Below, piece after piece: positions 9,452 to 18,541 of a DNA stretch of 32,000 nt. Numbering within the stretch: the first letter of the stretch is position 1; each line of letters opens with the position of its first letter. The translations under genes were made by a program, and so were the position numbers. This DNA is from Cupriavidus necator (GTDB lineage: Bacteria > Pseudomonadota > Gammaproteobacteria > Burkholderiales > Burkholderiaceae). The stretch is taken from NCBI RefSeq assembly GCF_016127575.1, contig NZ_CP066019.1, positions 1,260,001 through 1,292,000 on the forward strand, given 5' to 3'. The notes beneath the pieces were generated by a model, which saw only the letters and a list, made by a program, of their open reading frames with translations, was not told the DNA's origin and searched no databases.

Positions 9452-10353
9452 TGCTTGCCCTCCTTGTCGGCGGCGGACAGGTACTGGCGGATCACGCCGG
9501 AGAAGTCGAGCTGGCCGTCGCCGGCATGGCTCACGGCCTGGTAGACCTGCTGCGCCAGCGCGCCCAGGAACAGCGGCTGCTTCACGCTGCGCGCGGCGTC
9601 GTTGGCCAGGCCCAGGTCCTTGAGCATCAGGTCGGCGCCAAAGCCGCCGGTGTAGCCGCGCCCGGCCGGTGCGGCCTCGATCACGCCGGGCCAGGGGTTG
9701 CAGGTATCCGAGGCCCAGCAGCGGCCGGTGGAGGTATTGACGATGCCGGCCAGCACATTGGCGTCGATGCCCAGCTTGACGCCCAGCGCCATCGCCTCGG
9801 ATACGCCGATCATGGAGATGCCGAGGATCAGGTTGTTGCAGATCTTGGCGACCTGGCCGGTGCCGGTGCCGCCGCAGTGGACCAGGTTGCGCCCCATGCC
9901 GGCCAGCACCGGGCGCACCTGGGCGAACAGTGCTTCGGTGGCGCCGACCATGAAGGTCAGCGTGCCGGCCTGGGCGCCAACGGTGCCGCCGGAGACCGGT
10001 GCATCGGCCAGCGCATTGCCGTGCGCCTCGGCGGCAGCGGCCAGTTCGCGCACGGTGGCGGGGTCGATGGTGCTGGAATCCACCAGCGGCACGCCCGGGC
10101 GCACGCCGGCCAGCACGCCTTCCGGGCCCAGGTAGGCGCTGCGCACATGGGCAGCGGCGGGCAGCATGGTGATGACAAAGTCTGCTTCGGCCACGGCCTT
10201 TCGGGCGGAATCCGCGGTGGCGGCGCCCTCGGCGCACAGCGACGCCACCGCCGCGGCGTTCAGGTCGAATACGGTCAGCGTATGGCCGGCCTTGAGCAGG
10301 TTGCGCGCCATGGGCGCGCCCATGTTGCCGAGGCCGATGAAGGCGATATGCAT
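9448..10353 (-). CDS. mmsB: 3-hydroxyisobutyrate dehydrogenase
   Basis: MHIAFIGLGNMGAPMARNL is the Rossmann motif. GTGQVAKICNN and the overall beta-hydroxyacid dehydrogenase layout are present. It sits immediately downstream of mmsA. Confidence 0.92.
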   Translation of the reverse strand: MHIAFIGLGNMGAPMARNLLKAGHTLTVFDLNAAAVASLCAEGAATADSARKAVAEADFVITMLPAAAHVRSAYLGPEGVLAGVRPGVPLVDSSTIDPATVRELAAAAEAHGNALADAPVSGGTVGAQAGTLTFMVGATEALFAQVRPVLAGMGRNLVHCGGTGTGQVAKICNNLILGISMIGVSEAMALGVKLGIDANVLAGIVNTSTGRCWASDTCNPWPGVIEAAPAGRGYTGGFGADLMLKDLGLANDAARSVKQPLFLGALAQQVYQAVSHAGDGQLDFSGVIRQYLSAADKEGKQ

Positions 10354-10390
10354 GGGGTCTCCTTCCGTGTCGTTCTTGAATGCCGCCCGA

Positions 10391-11914
10391 TTACTTCAGG
10401 CTGATGGTGGTGTTCACCCCATCGTTGACCGTCGCGTCATCAAACCACCGCGCCGTCACCGTCTTGGTCTGCGTATAGAACTGCACCACCTGCTTGCCGT
10501 ACGGACCCAGGTCGCCCAGCTTGGAGCCACGCGATCCGGTGAAGCTGAAGTAGGGCACCGGCACCGGGATGGGGATGTTGATGCCGACCTGGCCCACGTC
10601 GATCTCGCTCTGGAACTTGCGCGCCGCGGCGCCGCTCTGCGTGAACACGCCGGTGCCGTTGCCGAACGGGTTGCGGTTGACCAGGGCGATGGCCTCGTCC
10701 AGCGTATCGACGCCGATCACCACCAGCACCGGCCCGAAGATCTCCTCGGTGTAGATCGACATGTCGGTCCGGACATCGGTAAAGATGGTCGGGCCGATGA
10801 AGTTGCCCTGCGGAAAGCCCGGCACCTCCACGCCGCGGCCATCCAGCACCAGCGTCGCGCCTTCGCGCTCGCCGGCGGCGATGAGGCCGAGGATCCGTTC
10901 CTTTGCCGCCACCGATACCACGGGGCCGACATCGGTGCCTGCTTCAGCGCCGGCGCCGACTTTCAGGGTCTTGGCGCGTTCGACCAGGTCGGGCACCCAG
11001 TCGCGTGCCGCCCCCACCAGCACCACCACCGAGGTGGCCATGCAACGCTGGCCGGCCGCGCCGAAGCCTGCACCGGCCAGCGCGTTCAGCGTCTGCTCCT
11101 TGTGCGCATCGGGCAGTACCACGGCATGATTCTTCGCGCCCATCATCGACTGCACGCGCTTGCCGTGCGCGCTGGCCAGGTTATAGACATGGGTGCCAAC
11201 GGCGGTCGAGCCCACGAACGACACCGCCTTGATGTCCGGGTGCGTGCACAGCGCATCGACCACGTCCTTGGCGCCGTGCACCACGTTCAGCACGCCCGGC
11301 GGCACGCCGGCTTCCAGCGCCAGCTTGACCAGCTCCACGGTGGACAGCGGGTCCTGCTCCGACGGCTTGAGCACAAAGGTATTGCCGCACACGATCGCCA
11401 TCGGGAACATCCACAGCGGGATCATCGCCGGGAAGTTGAACGGGGTGATACCCGCGCACACGCCAATCGGCTGCTGCAGCGTGTAGGTGTCGACGGTGGC
11501 GGCCACGTTCTCGGCAAAGCCCCCTTGCTGCAGGGTGCCGATCGAACAGGCGTGTTCGACCACCTCCAGCCCGCGGAAGATGTCGCCCTCGGCATCGGCC
11601 AGGGTCTTGCCCTGCTCGGCGGTCAGGATGGCGGCGATACGCTTGCTGTGCTCGCGGATCAGGGCCTGGAAGCGCAGCATGACGCGCAGCCGTGCGCCGA
11701 TGGGCGTGTGGCGCCACGTGGCAAAGGCGCGGTGTGCGGCGCCCACGGCAGCGGCGACCTCGCTTGCAGTGGCCAGCGGCACGCGTGCCAGCACTTCCTG
11801 CGTGGCGGGATTGACCACGTTGCGGAATTCGGTGGCGGATGAATCCACCCATTCGCCGTTGATCAGCAGCGGCACGGTCGGCACGGCATTGTCGGTCTTG
11901 GGCACGGCACTCAT
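10391..11914 (-). CDS. mmsA: CoA-acylating methylmalonate-semialdehyde dehydrogenase
   Basis: The start is the ATG at 11914 (MSAVPKTDN...) with a [34 protein letters not shown] (catalytic Cys) and the C-terminal [20 protein letters not shown] match MmsA. The upstream 82 codons of the track ORF are Arg/Pro-rich and look non-coding. Confidence 0.93.
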   Translation of the reverse strand: MSAVPKTDNAVPTVPLLINGEWVDSSATEFRNVVNPATQEVLARVPLATASEVAAAVGAAHRAFATWRHTPIGARLRVMLRFQALIREHSKRIAAILTAEQGKTLADAEGDIFRGLEVVEHACSIGTLQQGGFAENVAATVDTYTLQQPIGVCAGITPFNFPAMIPLWMFPMAIVCGNTFVLKPSEQDPLSTVELVKLALEAGVPPGVLNVVHGAKDVVDALCTHPDIKAVSFVGSTAVGTHVYNLASAHGKRVQSMMGAKNHAVVLPDAHKEQTLNALAGAGFGAAGQRCMATSVVVLVGAARDWVPDLVERAKTLKVGAGAEAGTDVGPVVSVAAKERILGLIAAGEREGATLVLDGRGVEVPGFPQGNFIGPTIFTDVRTDMSIYTEEIFGPVLVVIGVDTLDEAIALVNRNPFGNGTGVFTQSGAAARKFQSEIDVGQVGINIPIPVPVPYFSFTGSRGSKLGDLGPYGKQVVQFYTQTKTVTARWFDDATVNDGVNTTISLK

Positions 11915-11958
11915 GGTTGTCTCCGGAAGGTCTGGTTCTGTTGGCAAGGGATGGGGGA

Positions 11959-13092
11959 CTACAGGCTGCGCGCGATCAGCATGCGCTGGATCTCGCTGGT
12001 GCCTTCGTAGATCTGGGTGATGCGGGCGTCGCGGTAGTGGCGCTCGACCGGGTAGTCTTCGAGGTAGCCGTAGCCGCCGTGGATCTGCAACGCCTTGGAG
12101 CACACGCGCTCGGCCAGCTCGGACGCATACAGCTTGGCCTGCGAGGCTTCGGACAGGCACGGCACGCCTTCGCTGCGCATGCGCGCGGCGCGGTGCACCA
12201 GCAGGCGCGCGGCGTTCAGCTCGGTGGCCATGTCGGCCAGCATGTTGGCAATGGGCGGGTGTTCACGCAGTGCGCGGCCGAACTGGATGCGTTCAGATGC
12301 ATAGCGACATGCGGCCTCGAAGGCTGAGCGTGCAATGCCGATTGCCTGCGCGGCGATGCCGATGCGTCCGCCTTCCAGGTTGGACAGCGCAATGCGCAGG
12401 CCCTCGCCGGGCTCGCCCAGCAGTGCGTCATGCGGCACGGTGCAGTCTTCCAGCGTGATCGCGCAGGTGTCCGAGGCGCGGATGCCGAGCTTTTTCTCCG
12501 GGGCGTGGACGATAAAGCCGGGGGTGTTTGTGGGGACAAGGAAGGCCGAGATGCCCTTCTTGCCGCGCTCGGGCTCGGTCGAGGCGAACACCACCGCCAC
12601 ACCGGCGCGCTGGCCGTTGGTGACGAACTGCTTGCTGCCGTTGAGCACCCAGCCGTTGTCGGTGAAGCGCGCGCGCGTGCGCAGGTTGTGCGCCTCGGAG
12701 CCGGCCTGCGGCTCGGTCAGGCAGAACGCGCCGATCAGCTCGCCGCTGGCCAGCCGCGCCAGGTAGCGTTCTTTCTGCGCATCGGTGCCATAGTGCAGGA
12801 CCGGCCCGCAGCCGACCGAGTTGTGCACGCTCATCATCGTGGCGCAGGCGGCGCAGCCGGCGGCAATTTCTTCGATGGCGAGCGCATAGGCGACGTAGTC
12901 GGTATAGGTGCCGCCCCATTCCTCGGGAACGATCATGCCCAGTAGCCCCAGCGCGCCCATCTCGGCGACGACTTCATCGGGCAGGCGGCCGTCGCGGTCC
13001 CATTGCGCGGCGCCCACTGCCAGCCGTTCGCTGGCAAAGGCGCGCGCGCTGTCGCGGATCATGGTTTGCTCTTCGGTGTAGTCGCTGTGCAT
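11959..13092 (-). CDS. Acyl-CoA dehydrogenase (isobutyryl-CoA dehydrogenase type)
   Basis: The start is the ATG at 13092 ([19 protein letters not shown]). [45 protein letters not shown] and the C-terminal ACAD signature are present. Confidence 0.92.
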   Translation of the reverse strand: MHSDYTEEQTMIRDSARAFASERLAVGAAQWDRDGRLPDEVVAEMGALGLLGMIVPEEWGGTYTDYVAYALAIEEIAAGCAACATMMSVHNSVGCGPVLHYGTDAQKERYLARLASGELIGAFCLTEPQAGSEAHNLRTRARFTDNGWVLNGSKQFVTNGQRAGVAVVFASTEPERGKKGISAFLVPTNTPGFIVHAPEKKLGIRASDTCAITLEDCTVPHDALLGEPGEGLRIALSNLEGGRIGIAAQAIGIARSAFEAACRYASERIQFGRALREHPPIANMLADMATELNAARLLVHRAARMRSEGVPCLSEASQAKLYASELAERVCSKALQIHGGYGYLEDYPVERHYRDARITQIYEGTSEIQRMLIARSL

Positions 13093-13244
13093 GGCAGATG
13101 AGGGTGGGGGTTTGGAGCCGCGCGGCAAGTCAGGCAGAATGCGCGCTTGGCGTTTGACCTGCGGGCAGTGTAGGAACGCCGGAGGCGGGCTCCTATGCCA
13201 AAATCCGCCAATCTTCGTGAACTCGTTTGCCACCCTCCAGCGCC

Positions 13245-14258
13245 ATGGAAAAAGGCAGTGTCGCCATCTGTTTCGTCCACCACGCCATCGCGGGGCTGCG
13301 CGCGCGCGGCATCGACCCGGATCCGGTGCTGCGCGGCTCTGGCATTGCGCCGGCGCTGCTGGCGGTGCCGCAGTCACGCGTATCGGCCGCCAGCTACAGC
13401 GAGCTGTGGATGGCCGTGGCGGCGGCGCTGGACGATGAATTCTTCGGGCAGGATTCGCGCAGCATGAAGTGCGGCAGTTTTGCCATGCTGTGCCACGCGG
13501 TGGCGGGCAGCCGCACCCTGGGGCAGGGGCTGGAGCGCATCACGCGGTACTTCCGGCTGCTGCTGGACGATATCGGCGTGCGGCTGGAGCGCCACGGCGA
13601 CGAGGCCGCGCTGGTGCTGACCGCGCCCTGCGCACACCTGGGGCGGCAGCCCGGCGTGTTTGCCAAGGAAACCATGCTGATCATGCTGCATGGCCTGATG
13701 AGCTGGCTGCTGCGGCGGCGCGTGCCGGTGCGGCTGGCGGCCTTCGACTACGACGAGCCGCAGTACAGCGCGGAATACCGCGTCATGTATTCGCGCCAGC
13801 TGGCGTTCGGGCAGCCGGCCACGGCGCTGGTCTTCGACGCGGCACTGCTGGAGCAGCCGGTGCGCCAGGACGAGCGCAGCCTGAAGGCCTTCCTGCGCGA
13901 TGCGCCGCACAACGTGGTGGTGAAGTACTCCGACCGCGCCAGCGTGGGCGCGCGCGTGCGCAGGCTGCTGCGTAACCAACGCCCGGATCAATGGCCCACC
14001 TTTGAAGATCTGGCGATCAGCCTGAACCTGTCGGCATCATCGCTGCGGCGCCGGCTGATGGAGGAGGGCGTCAGCTACCAGGACCTGAAGGACGCGCTGC
14101 GGCGCGATCTTGCCATCGAGGCGCTCAGCCATTCGGGCCGCCCGGTCGCGGATATCGCGGCCGAGCTCGGCTTTGCCGAGCCGGGCGCGTTCCACCGGGC
14201 GTTCCGGCGCTGGACCGGATCGCGCCCGGGGGCATACCGCCGCGTGGCGGAAGGTTGA
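13245..14258 (+). CDS. AraC-family transcriptional regulator (divergent from the valine-catabolic operon)
   Basis: The C-terminal HTH_18 region is [25 protein letters not shown]...[22 protein letters not shown]. The N-terminal arabinose-binding-like domain is present. I prefer ATG 13245 over TTG 13227. Confidence 0.88.
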   Translation: MEKGSVAICFVHHAIAGLRARGIDPDPVLRGSGIAPALLAVPQSRVSAASYSELWMAVAAALDDEFFGQDSRSMKCGSFAMLCHAVAGSRTLGQGLERITRYFRLLLDDIGVRLERHGDEAALVLTAPCAHLGRQPGVFAKETMLIMLHGLMSWLLRRRVPVRLAAFDYDEPQYSAEYRVMYSRQLAFGQPATALVFDAALLEQPVRQDERSLKAFLRDAPHNVVVKYSDRASVGARVRRLLRNQRPDQWPTFEDLAISLNLSASSLRRRLMEEGVSYQDLKDALRRDLAIEALSHSGRPVADIAAELGFAEPGAFHRAFRRWTGSRPGAYRRVAEG

Positions 14259-14268
14259 TGCGGCGCGT

Positions 14269-15111
14269 CTACAGCTGTGCCGCGTGGTGGCGGATGTGAT
14301 CGGCGATAAAGCTGGTGATGAAGTAGTAGCCGTGGTCGTAGCCGCTGTGCCGGCGCAGCGTCAGCGGCTGGCCGACGGCCTGGCAGGCTGCCGCGAAGGC
14401 TTCCGGATGCAGCTGGCTTTGCAGGAACTGGTCGTCCAGTCCCTGGTCGACCAGGATGCCGGCCGGGAAGGGCGCCCCATTCTGGCGTGCCATCAGTTCA
14501 CTGGCGTCGTACTCAGCCCACGCGGCGCGGTCCGTGCCGAGGTAGCCAGTGAACGCCTTCTCACCCCACGGGCAGCGTGACGGCGCGGCGATCGGCGCAA
14601 ACGCCGACACCGAGCGGAAGCGCTGCGGATGGCGCTGCGCCAGCACCAGCGCGCCGTGCCCGCCCATGGAATGCCCGAAGATGCCGACGCGGCCGGCATC
14701 GCCCGGCAAGGCGGTGGTGACCAGCCCGAACAGTTCGTCGGCCACATAGCTTTCCATGCGCCAGTACTCCTGCCACGGCGCCTCGGTGGCATCGACATAG
14801 AACCCGGCACCCACGCCGAAGTCCCAGGCATCGGCCTCGCCCGGCAGGCCCGCTCCGCGCGGGCTGGTATCGGGCGCCACCAGCATCAGGCCGTGCTCGG
14901 CGGCAAAGCGCTGCGCACCGGCCTTGATCATGAAGGTTTCCTCGGTGCAGGTCAGGCCGGCCAGGTAGAACAGCACCGGCACCTTGCCGCCTGCCTGCGC
15001 CTGCGGCGGCAGGTAGACCGAGAAACGCATCGGCAGCCCGATCGCCGTCGAATCATGGCGATAGAAGCGCTGCACGCCGCCGTGGCAGCCGTGTTGCGAG
15101 ATCAGTTCCAT
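14269..15111 (-). CDS. fghA: S-formylglutathione hydrolase (esterase D family)
   Basis: GGVQRFYRHDS, VLFYLAGLTCTEE, GHSMGGHGAL (nucleophile elbow) and GYDHGYYFI are present. It lies directly downstream of adhC. Confidence 0.93.
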   Translation of the reverse strand: MELISQHGCHGGVQRFYRHDSTAIGLPMRFSVYLPPQAQAGGKVPVLFYLAGLTCTEETFMIKAGAQRFAAEHGLMLVAPDTSPRGAGLPGEADAWDFGVGAGFYVDATEAPWQEYWRMESYVADELFGLVTTALPGDAGRVGIFGHSMGGHGALVLAQRHPQRFRSVSAFAPIAAPSRCPWGEKAFTGYLGTDRAAWAEYDASELMARQNGAPFPAGILVDQGLDDQFLQSQLHPEAFAAACQAVGQPLTLRRHSGYDHGYYFITSFIADHIRHHAAQL

Positions 15112-15124
15112 GTCGGCGCCGTCC

Positions 15125-16231
15125 TCAGTAGAGCACCACGGAGCGGATCGACTCGCCGCGCTTCATCAGGTCGAAGCCCTCGTTGATGCGCTCCAGCGGC
15201 AGCGTGTGCGTGATCAGGTCGTCGATATTGAGCTTGCCTTCCATGTACCAGTCGACGATCCTGGGCACATCGGTGCGCCCGCGCGCGCCGCCAAAGGCCG
15301 AGCCCTTCCACTCGCGCCCGGTCACCAGCTGGAACGGGCGCGTCGAGATCTCCGCGCCGGCCTCGGCCACGCCGATGATGATCGACTTGCCCCAGCCCTT
15401 GTGGCAGCACTCCAGCGCCTGGCGCATGACCTGCGTGTTGCCGATGCATTCGAACGAATAGTCTGCACCGCCGTCGGTCAGCTGGATGATGTGGTCGACC
15501 ACGTTCTCCACGTCCTTCGGGTTGATGAAGTGGGTCATGCCGAACTTGCGCGCCATGGCTTCGCGGCCCGGGTTCAGGTCCACGCCGATGATCTTGTCGG
15601 CGCCCACCATCTTGGCCGCCTGGATCACGTTCAGGCCGATGCCGCCCAGGCCAAACACCACCACGTTGGCGCCGGCTTCCACCTTGGCGGTGAACAGCAC
15701 CGCGCCCACGCCGGTGGTGACGCCGCAGCCGATGTAGCAGACCTTGTCGAACGGCGCATCCGGGCGGATCTTGGCCAGCGCGATCTCCGGCACCACGATG
15801 TGGTTGGCGAAGGTCGAGGTGCCCATGTAGTGGAAGATCGGCTTGCCGTCGATGGAAAAGCGCGAGGTGCCGTCCGGCATCAGGCCCTTGCCCTGCGTGG
15901 CGCGGATCGCCTGGCACAGGTTGGTCTTGCGCGACAGGCAGAACTTGCACTGGCGGCATTCCGGCGTGTACAGCGGGATCACGTGGTCGCCGGGCTTGAG
16001 CGAGGTCACGCCGGGGCCAACGTCGGTGACGATGCCGGCGCCCTCATGGCCCAGGATTGCCGGGAAGATGCCTTCCGGGTCGGCGCCGGACAGGGTGTAG
16101 TAATCGGTATGGCAGATGCCGGTGGCCTTGACTTCCACCAGCACTTCCCCGGCGCGCGGGCCGTCCAGGTCCACGTCTTCAATGGTCAGCGGGGCGCCGG
16201 CTTTCCAGGCGATGGCGGCTTTGGTTTTCAT
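15125..16231 (-). CDS. adhC: S-(hydroxymethyl)glutathione dehydrogenase / class III alcohol dehydrogenase
   Basis: ATGICHTDYYTLSG, GHEGAGIV, CRQCKFCLSRKTNLC and FGLGGIGL are present. There is a GGAGGA SD before the ATG at 16231. Confidence 0.94.
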   Translation of the reverse strand: MKTKAAIAWKAGAPLTIEDVDLDGPRAGEVLVEVKATGICHTDYYTLSGADPEGIFPAILGHEGAGIVTDVGPGVTSLKPGDHVIPLYTPECRQCKFCLSRKTNLCQAIRATQGKGLMPDGTSRFSIDGKPIFHYMGTSTFANHIVVPEIALAKIRPDAPFDKVCYIGCGVTTGVGAVLFTAKVEAGANVVVFGLGGIGLNVIQAAKMVGADKIIGVDLNPGREAMARKFGMTHFINPKDVENVVDHIIQLTDGGADYSFECIGNTQVMRQALECCHKGWGKSIIIGVAEAGAEISTRPFQLVTGREWKGSAFGGARGRTDVPRIVDWYMEGKLNIDDLITHTLPLERINEGFDLMKRGESIRSVVLY

Positions 16232-16400
16232 GGGGGAGTCCTCCGGGATCAGGAATGTGGGGGGTGGCTTGCAGGCTGCGCGGCGCAGGCCGGCGCGGCG
16301 CGGGGCAAGCCAGGTCCGAGGACATGACTATACGATCTTCCTGCGGCTGCAGGCCAGTTTTGGCCGATCAGCGGTCAGCGAAACTGCCCAGGCGGGACTC

Positions 16401-16985
16401 TTACGCCTTCAGCGCTCTCGCTTCCAGGTTCCAGAGCTTGCGGTCGCTGGTGGAGACGGCCACAGCGCCTTGTGCGAGCGCGCTGCGGATATCATCCCGA
16501 TTGCAGACAAAGCCTGATGTCACGATCGGCGGCAGCGCCTTGCGGTCCGCTTCTGGCAGGTGCGACAGCATCGGTGCCGGCATCAGCTGCACCAGGTTCG
16601 GGTCGCTCTGTTCGAGCGCCTTGACGCTGCGCGGCCAGGTGGAGCGGTCGGTCACAAAGACCTTCTGCATCGTCACCATGCCGGCGCGGTTGGCGCGCTG
16701 GATCGTTGCCACGCGCGTGGAGACCAGACTGGTCACCCCGATGTCGGCCAGGTACTCCACCCCGCCCTTGTCCTGCGACAAGCCTTCGCAGCTGTCGATA
16801 TTGACGATGACGTACTTGCCGGCGCTGGCCAGCGTGGCGATGACGGGCTGCAGCTTGCGCAGTTCCACGTTGGCGACAATGCAGACTTCGGCCACGCTTT
16901 CAAAAATGGCGTCGATCTGGTCAACACCGTAGAGTGTGCCGATGACGGGGTGTCGCGTCAGGCGCGCACCGAGGGACCTGTCCAT
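16401..16985 (-). CDS. glpP: GlpP-family glycerol-3-phosphate-responsive antiterminator homolog (G3P_antiterm, PF04309-like)
   Basis: At 194 aa it aligns by eye along its whole length with Bacillus subtilis GlpP. Examples are NIDSCEGLSQDKGGVEYL against HMDLIEGLKHDEYGAEFV, LVSTR against IISTR, MQKVFVTDRS against IQRVFLLDSR, and GAVAVSTSDRKLW against GAVAVTTSNTALW. It starts 5 nt after the upstream stop. Confidence 0.85.
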   Translation of the reverse strand: MDRSLGARLTRHPVIGTLYGVDQIDAIFESVAEVCIVANVELRKLQPVIATLASAGKYVIVNIDSCEGLSQDKGGVEYLADIGVTSLVSTRVATIQRANRAGMVTMQKVFVTDRSTWPRSVKALEQSDPNLVQLMPAPMLSHLPEADRKALPPIVTSGFVCNRDDIRSALAQGAVAVSTSDRKLWNLEARALKA

Positions 16986-16990
16986 GCTGG

Positions 16991-18541
16991 TTACTTCGGT
17001 TCGTTGGTGAGCACGTCACTGAGACCCAGCTTGCCTGGGTTCAGGATATTCTGCGGGTCGAGTGCCTGCTTGACCGCCGCCAGCAGCGGGAACGCCGTGT
17101 CCAGCGACGGGGCCATGTATGGCGCGCGCAACAGTCCGATTCCGTGGTGGTGGCTCAGTGCCGCATTGTATTGGATCAGCACCGCATTGGCAGCATCCCA
17201 TGCCTGGCGATACCACTTCTGGCGGTCTTCCACCGCGACCTCACCGCGCAGCGAGAAGTACAGGCAGGCGCCGTCCACATAGGCGTGCGACTGGTGCGCG
17301 GAGCCGGCGAGGGTGCCCGGCACGGCATTGATGGCCTTGACCACGTCCGCGTAGATGGCAGCCAGGTCGCGCCACGGTCCCGACATTTCGAGCGTGTCGG
17401 CGACAAAGCCGGGGCTGCGCTTGAAGCCCTCGGCGCTCTTGCCGGTCAGGTAGCGCGTGTCGAGCCAGCGCTCGAAAATGGACTCGCTGTCCAGCTTGTC
17501 ACCAAGTTCCTGGCACACGCGCTCGCTGATCGTCATCACCGCATCGACCATCTCGCGCGCCCCCTCGTCGGCAACCAGCAGGACGTTGGTGTCCGGCAGC
17601 CCGAACTGCACGCCACTCTCCAGTTCGTCATAGAGCCGCAGCGCCGCGGGATTGGCCCCGCGCTGCATGATTTCGCGGCAGGCCTCCAGGCCGATGGCAA
17701 AGGTCTTGAAGCCATAGGCGATGGCGCGCCCGTAGTCGGGCAGGCGGTGCAGCTTGAGGCGCACGCGCACGATCACGCCCAGCATGCCCTCGGACCCGAT
17801 GAACAGTTGCTGCAGATCCGGGCCCAATGCCGCGCGCGAGTAGCCGCCCACGGTGACGAGGCTGCCGTCGGCCAGCACCACATCCATGCCGAACACCATG
17901 TCCTCGATCTTGCCGTAGCGCGTGGACAACTGACCGGCGCCGCGGCAGGCTACCCATCCGCCGACCGTGCTGATCGCGTACGACGATGGCCAGTGGCCCA
18001 TCGTCATGCCGAATTCCTTCTGCACGGTCTGTTCGAAAATGTCGCCGAACATGCCGGCTTCCACGTCGACGATCTGGCTGTCCTTGTCGAATCCGACCAA
18101 CTGGTTCAGGCCGCACACGTCCAGCACGATGCCGCCGCGCACGGGCAGGGCGGCGCCCGTCACGTTGCTGCGGCCGGCCGATACGGTGACCGGAATGGCA
18201 CTGGCGCTGGCAATGCGCATGACTGCCTGCACCTGTTCCACGGTGGAAGCGCGCACGATGACCCCGCGCGGCGTGGCGGGCCTGCCGGCGGTCTCCGTGA
18301 TCATCGATCCTGCCCACCAGTCGCGCGTCCACGCCACGACGTCGGCGGTATCGGTCAGGACCTCGTCGGCCACCTTGCGCAAGGCCGCAATATCGGCCGC
18401 GCAGACGGCAATGGTGTCGCGTTGCAGGCCCGGCGCATCCGGGGTGCCCTGGATGTTCGCCGCATAGCCCGGCGGCGTGTGGGCGCCGACGACGTAGTTG
18501 CCGCGGTTGTAGCCGCGCTTGATGGCTTCCTTGCTGATCAT
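16991..18541 (-). CDS. FAD-linked oxidase, alkyl-dihydroxyacetonephosphate-synthase (AGPS)-like subfamily
   Basis: VSAGRSNVTGAALP is FAD_binding_4. HWPSSYAISTVGGWVACRGAGQLSTRYGKIEDMV resembles the AGPS-type segment. The C-terminal SHHHGIGL...LDPQNILNPGKL matches FAD-linked oxidases. It overlaps the upstream glpD-like gene by 4 bp. Confidence 0.85.
   Translation of the reverse strand: MISKEAIKRGYNRGNYVVGAHTPPGYAANIQGTPDAPGLQRDTIAVCAADIAALRKVADEVLTDTADVVAWTRDWWAGSMITETAGRPATPRGVIVRASTVEQVQAVMRIASASAIPVTVSAGRSNVTGAALPVRGGIVLDVCGLNQLVGFDKDSQIVDVEAGMFGDIFEQTVQKEFGMTMGHWPSSYAISTVGGWVACRGAGQLSTRYGKIEDMVFGMDVVLADGSLVTVGGYSRAALGPDLQQLFIGSEGMLGVIVRVRLKLHRLPDYGRAIAYGFKTFAIGLEACREIMQRGANPAALRLYDELESGVQFGLPDTNVLLVADEGAREMVDAVMTISERVCQELGDKLDSESIFERWLDTRYLTGKSAEGFKRSPGFVADTLEMSGPWRDLAAIYADVVKAINAVPGTLAGSAHQSHAYVDGACLYFSLRGEVAVEDRQKWYRQAWDAANAVLIQYNAALSHHHGIGLLRAPYMAPSLDTAFPLLAAVKQALDPQNILNPGKLGLSDVLTNEPK

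Noticed and set aside
7484-9544. A 686-aa plus-strand ORF spanning three minus-strand genes.
   Set aside because: The product is Arg/Gly/Ala/His/Gln-rich and low in complexity, with no recognisable motif. It lies exactly antisense to three genes that have strong family signatures. This is a typical high-GC shadow ORF.
9452-10237. An N-terminal extension that makes the enoyl-CoA hydratase ORF 518 aa long.
   Set aside because: The extension runs through mmsB in another frame and is Arg/Pro/Gly-rich. The crotonase homology begins at MIEFALHG (ATG 9451), which is ATGA-coupled to the mmsB stop.
10166-11842. A 558-aa plus-strand ORF antisense to mmsA. Similar long antisense ORFs are at 15110-16327, 17144-18763, 22098-23105, 23289-24884 and 29409-30677.
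   Set aside because: The reasoning is the same. The compositions look non-coding (R/G/H/Q/A-rich), there are no motifs, and the opposite strand encodes clearly recognisable proteins.
11915-12160. A 5' extension of the mmsA ORF (589 aa). Analogous extensions affect the acyl-CoA dehydrogenase ORF (13093-13377) and the RidA ORF (31133-31390).
   Set aside because: The extensions overlap neighbouring genes or intergenic DNA and have non-coding-like composition. The homology-supported ATG starts have good Shine-Dalgarno sequences.
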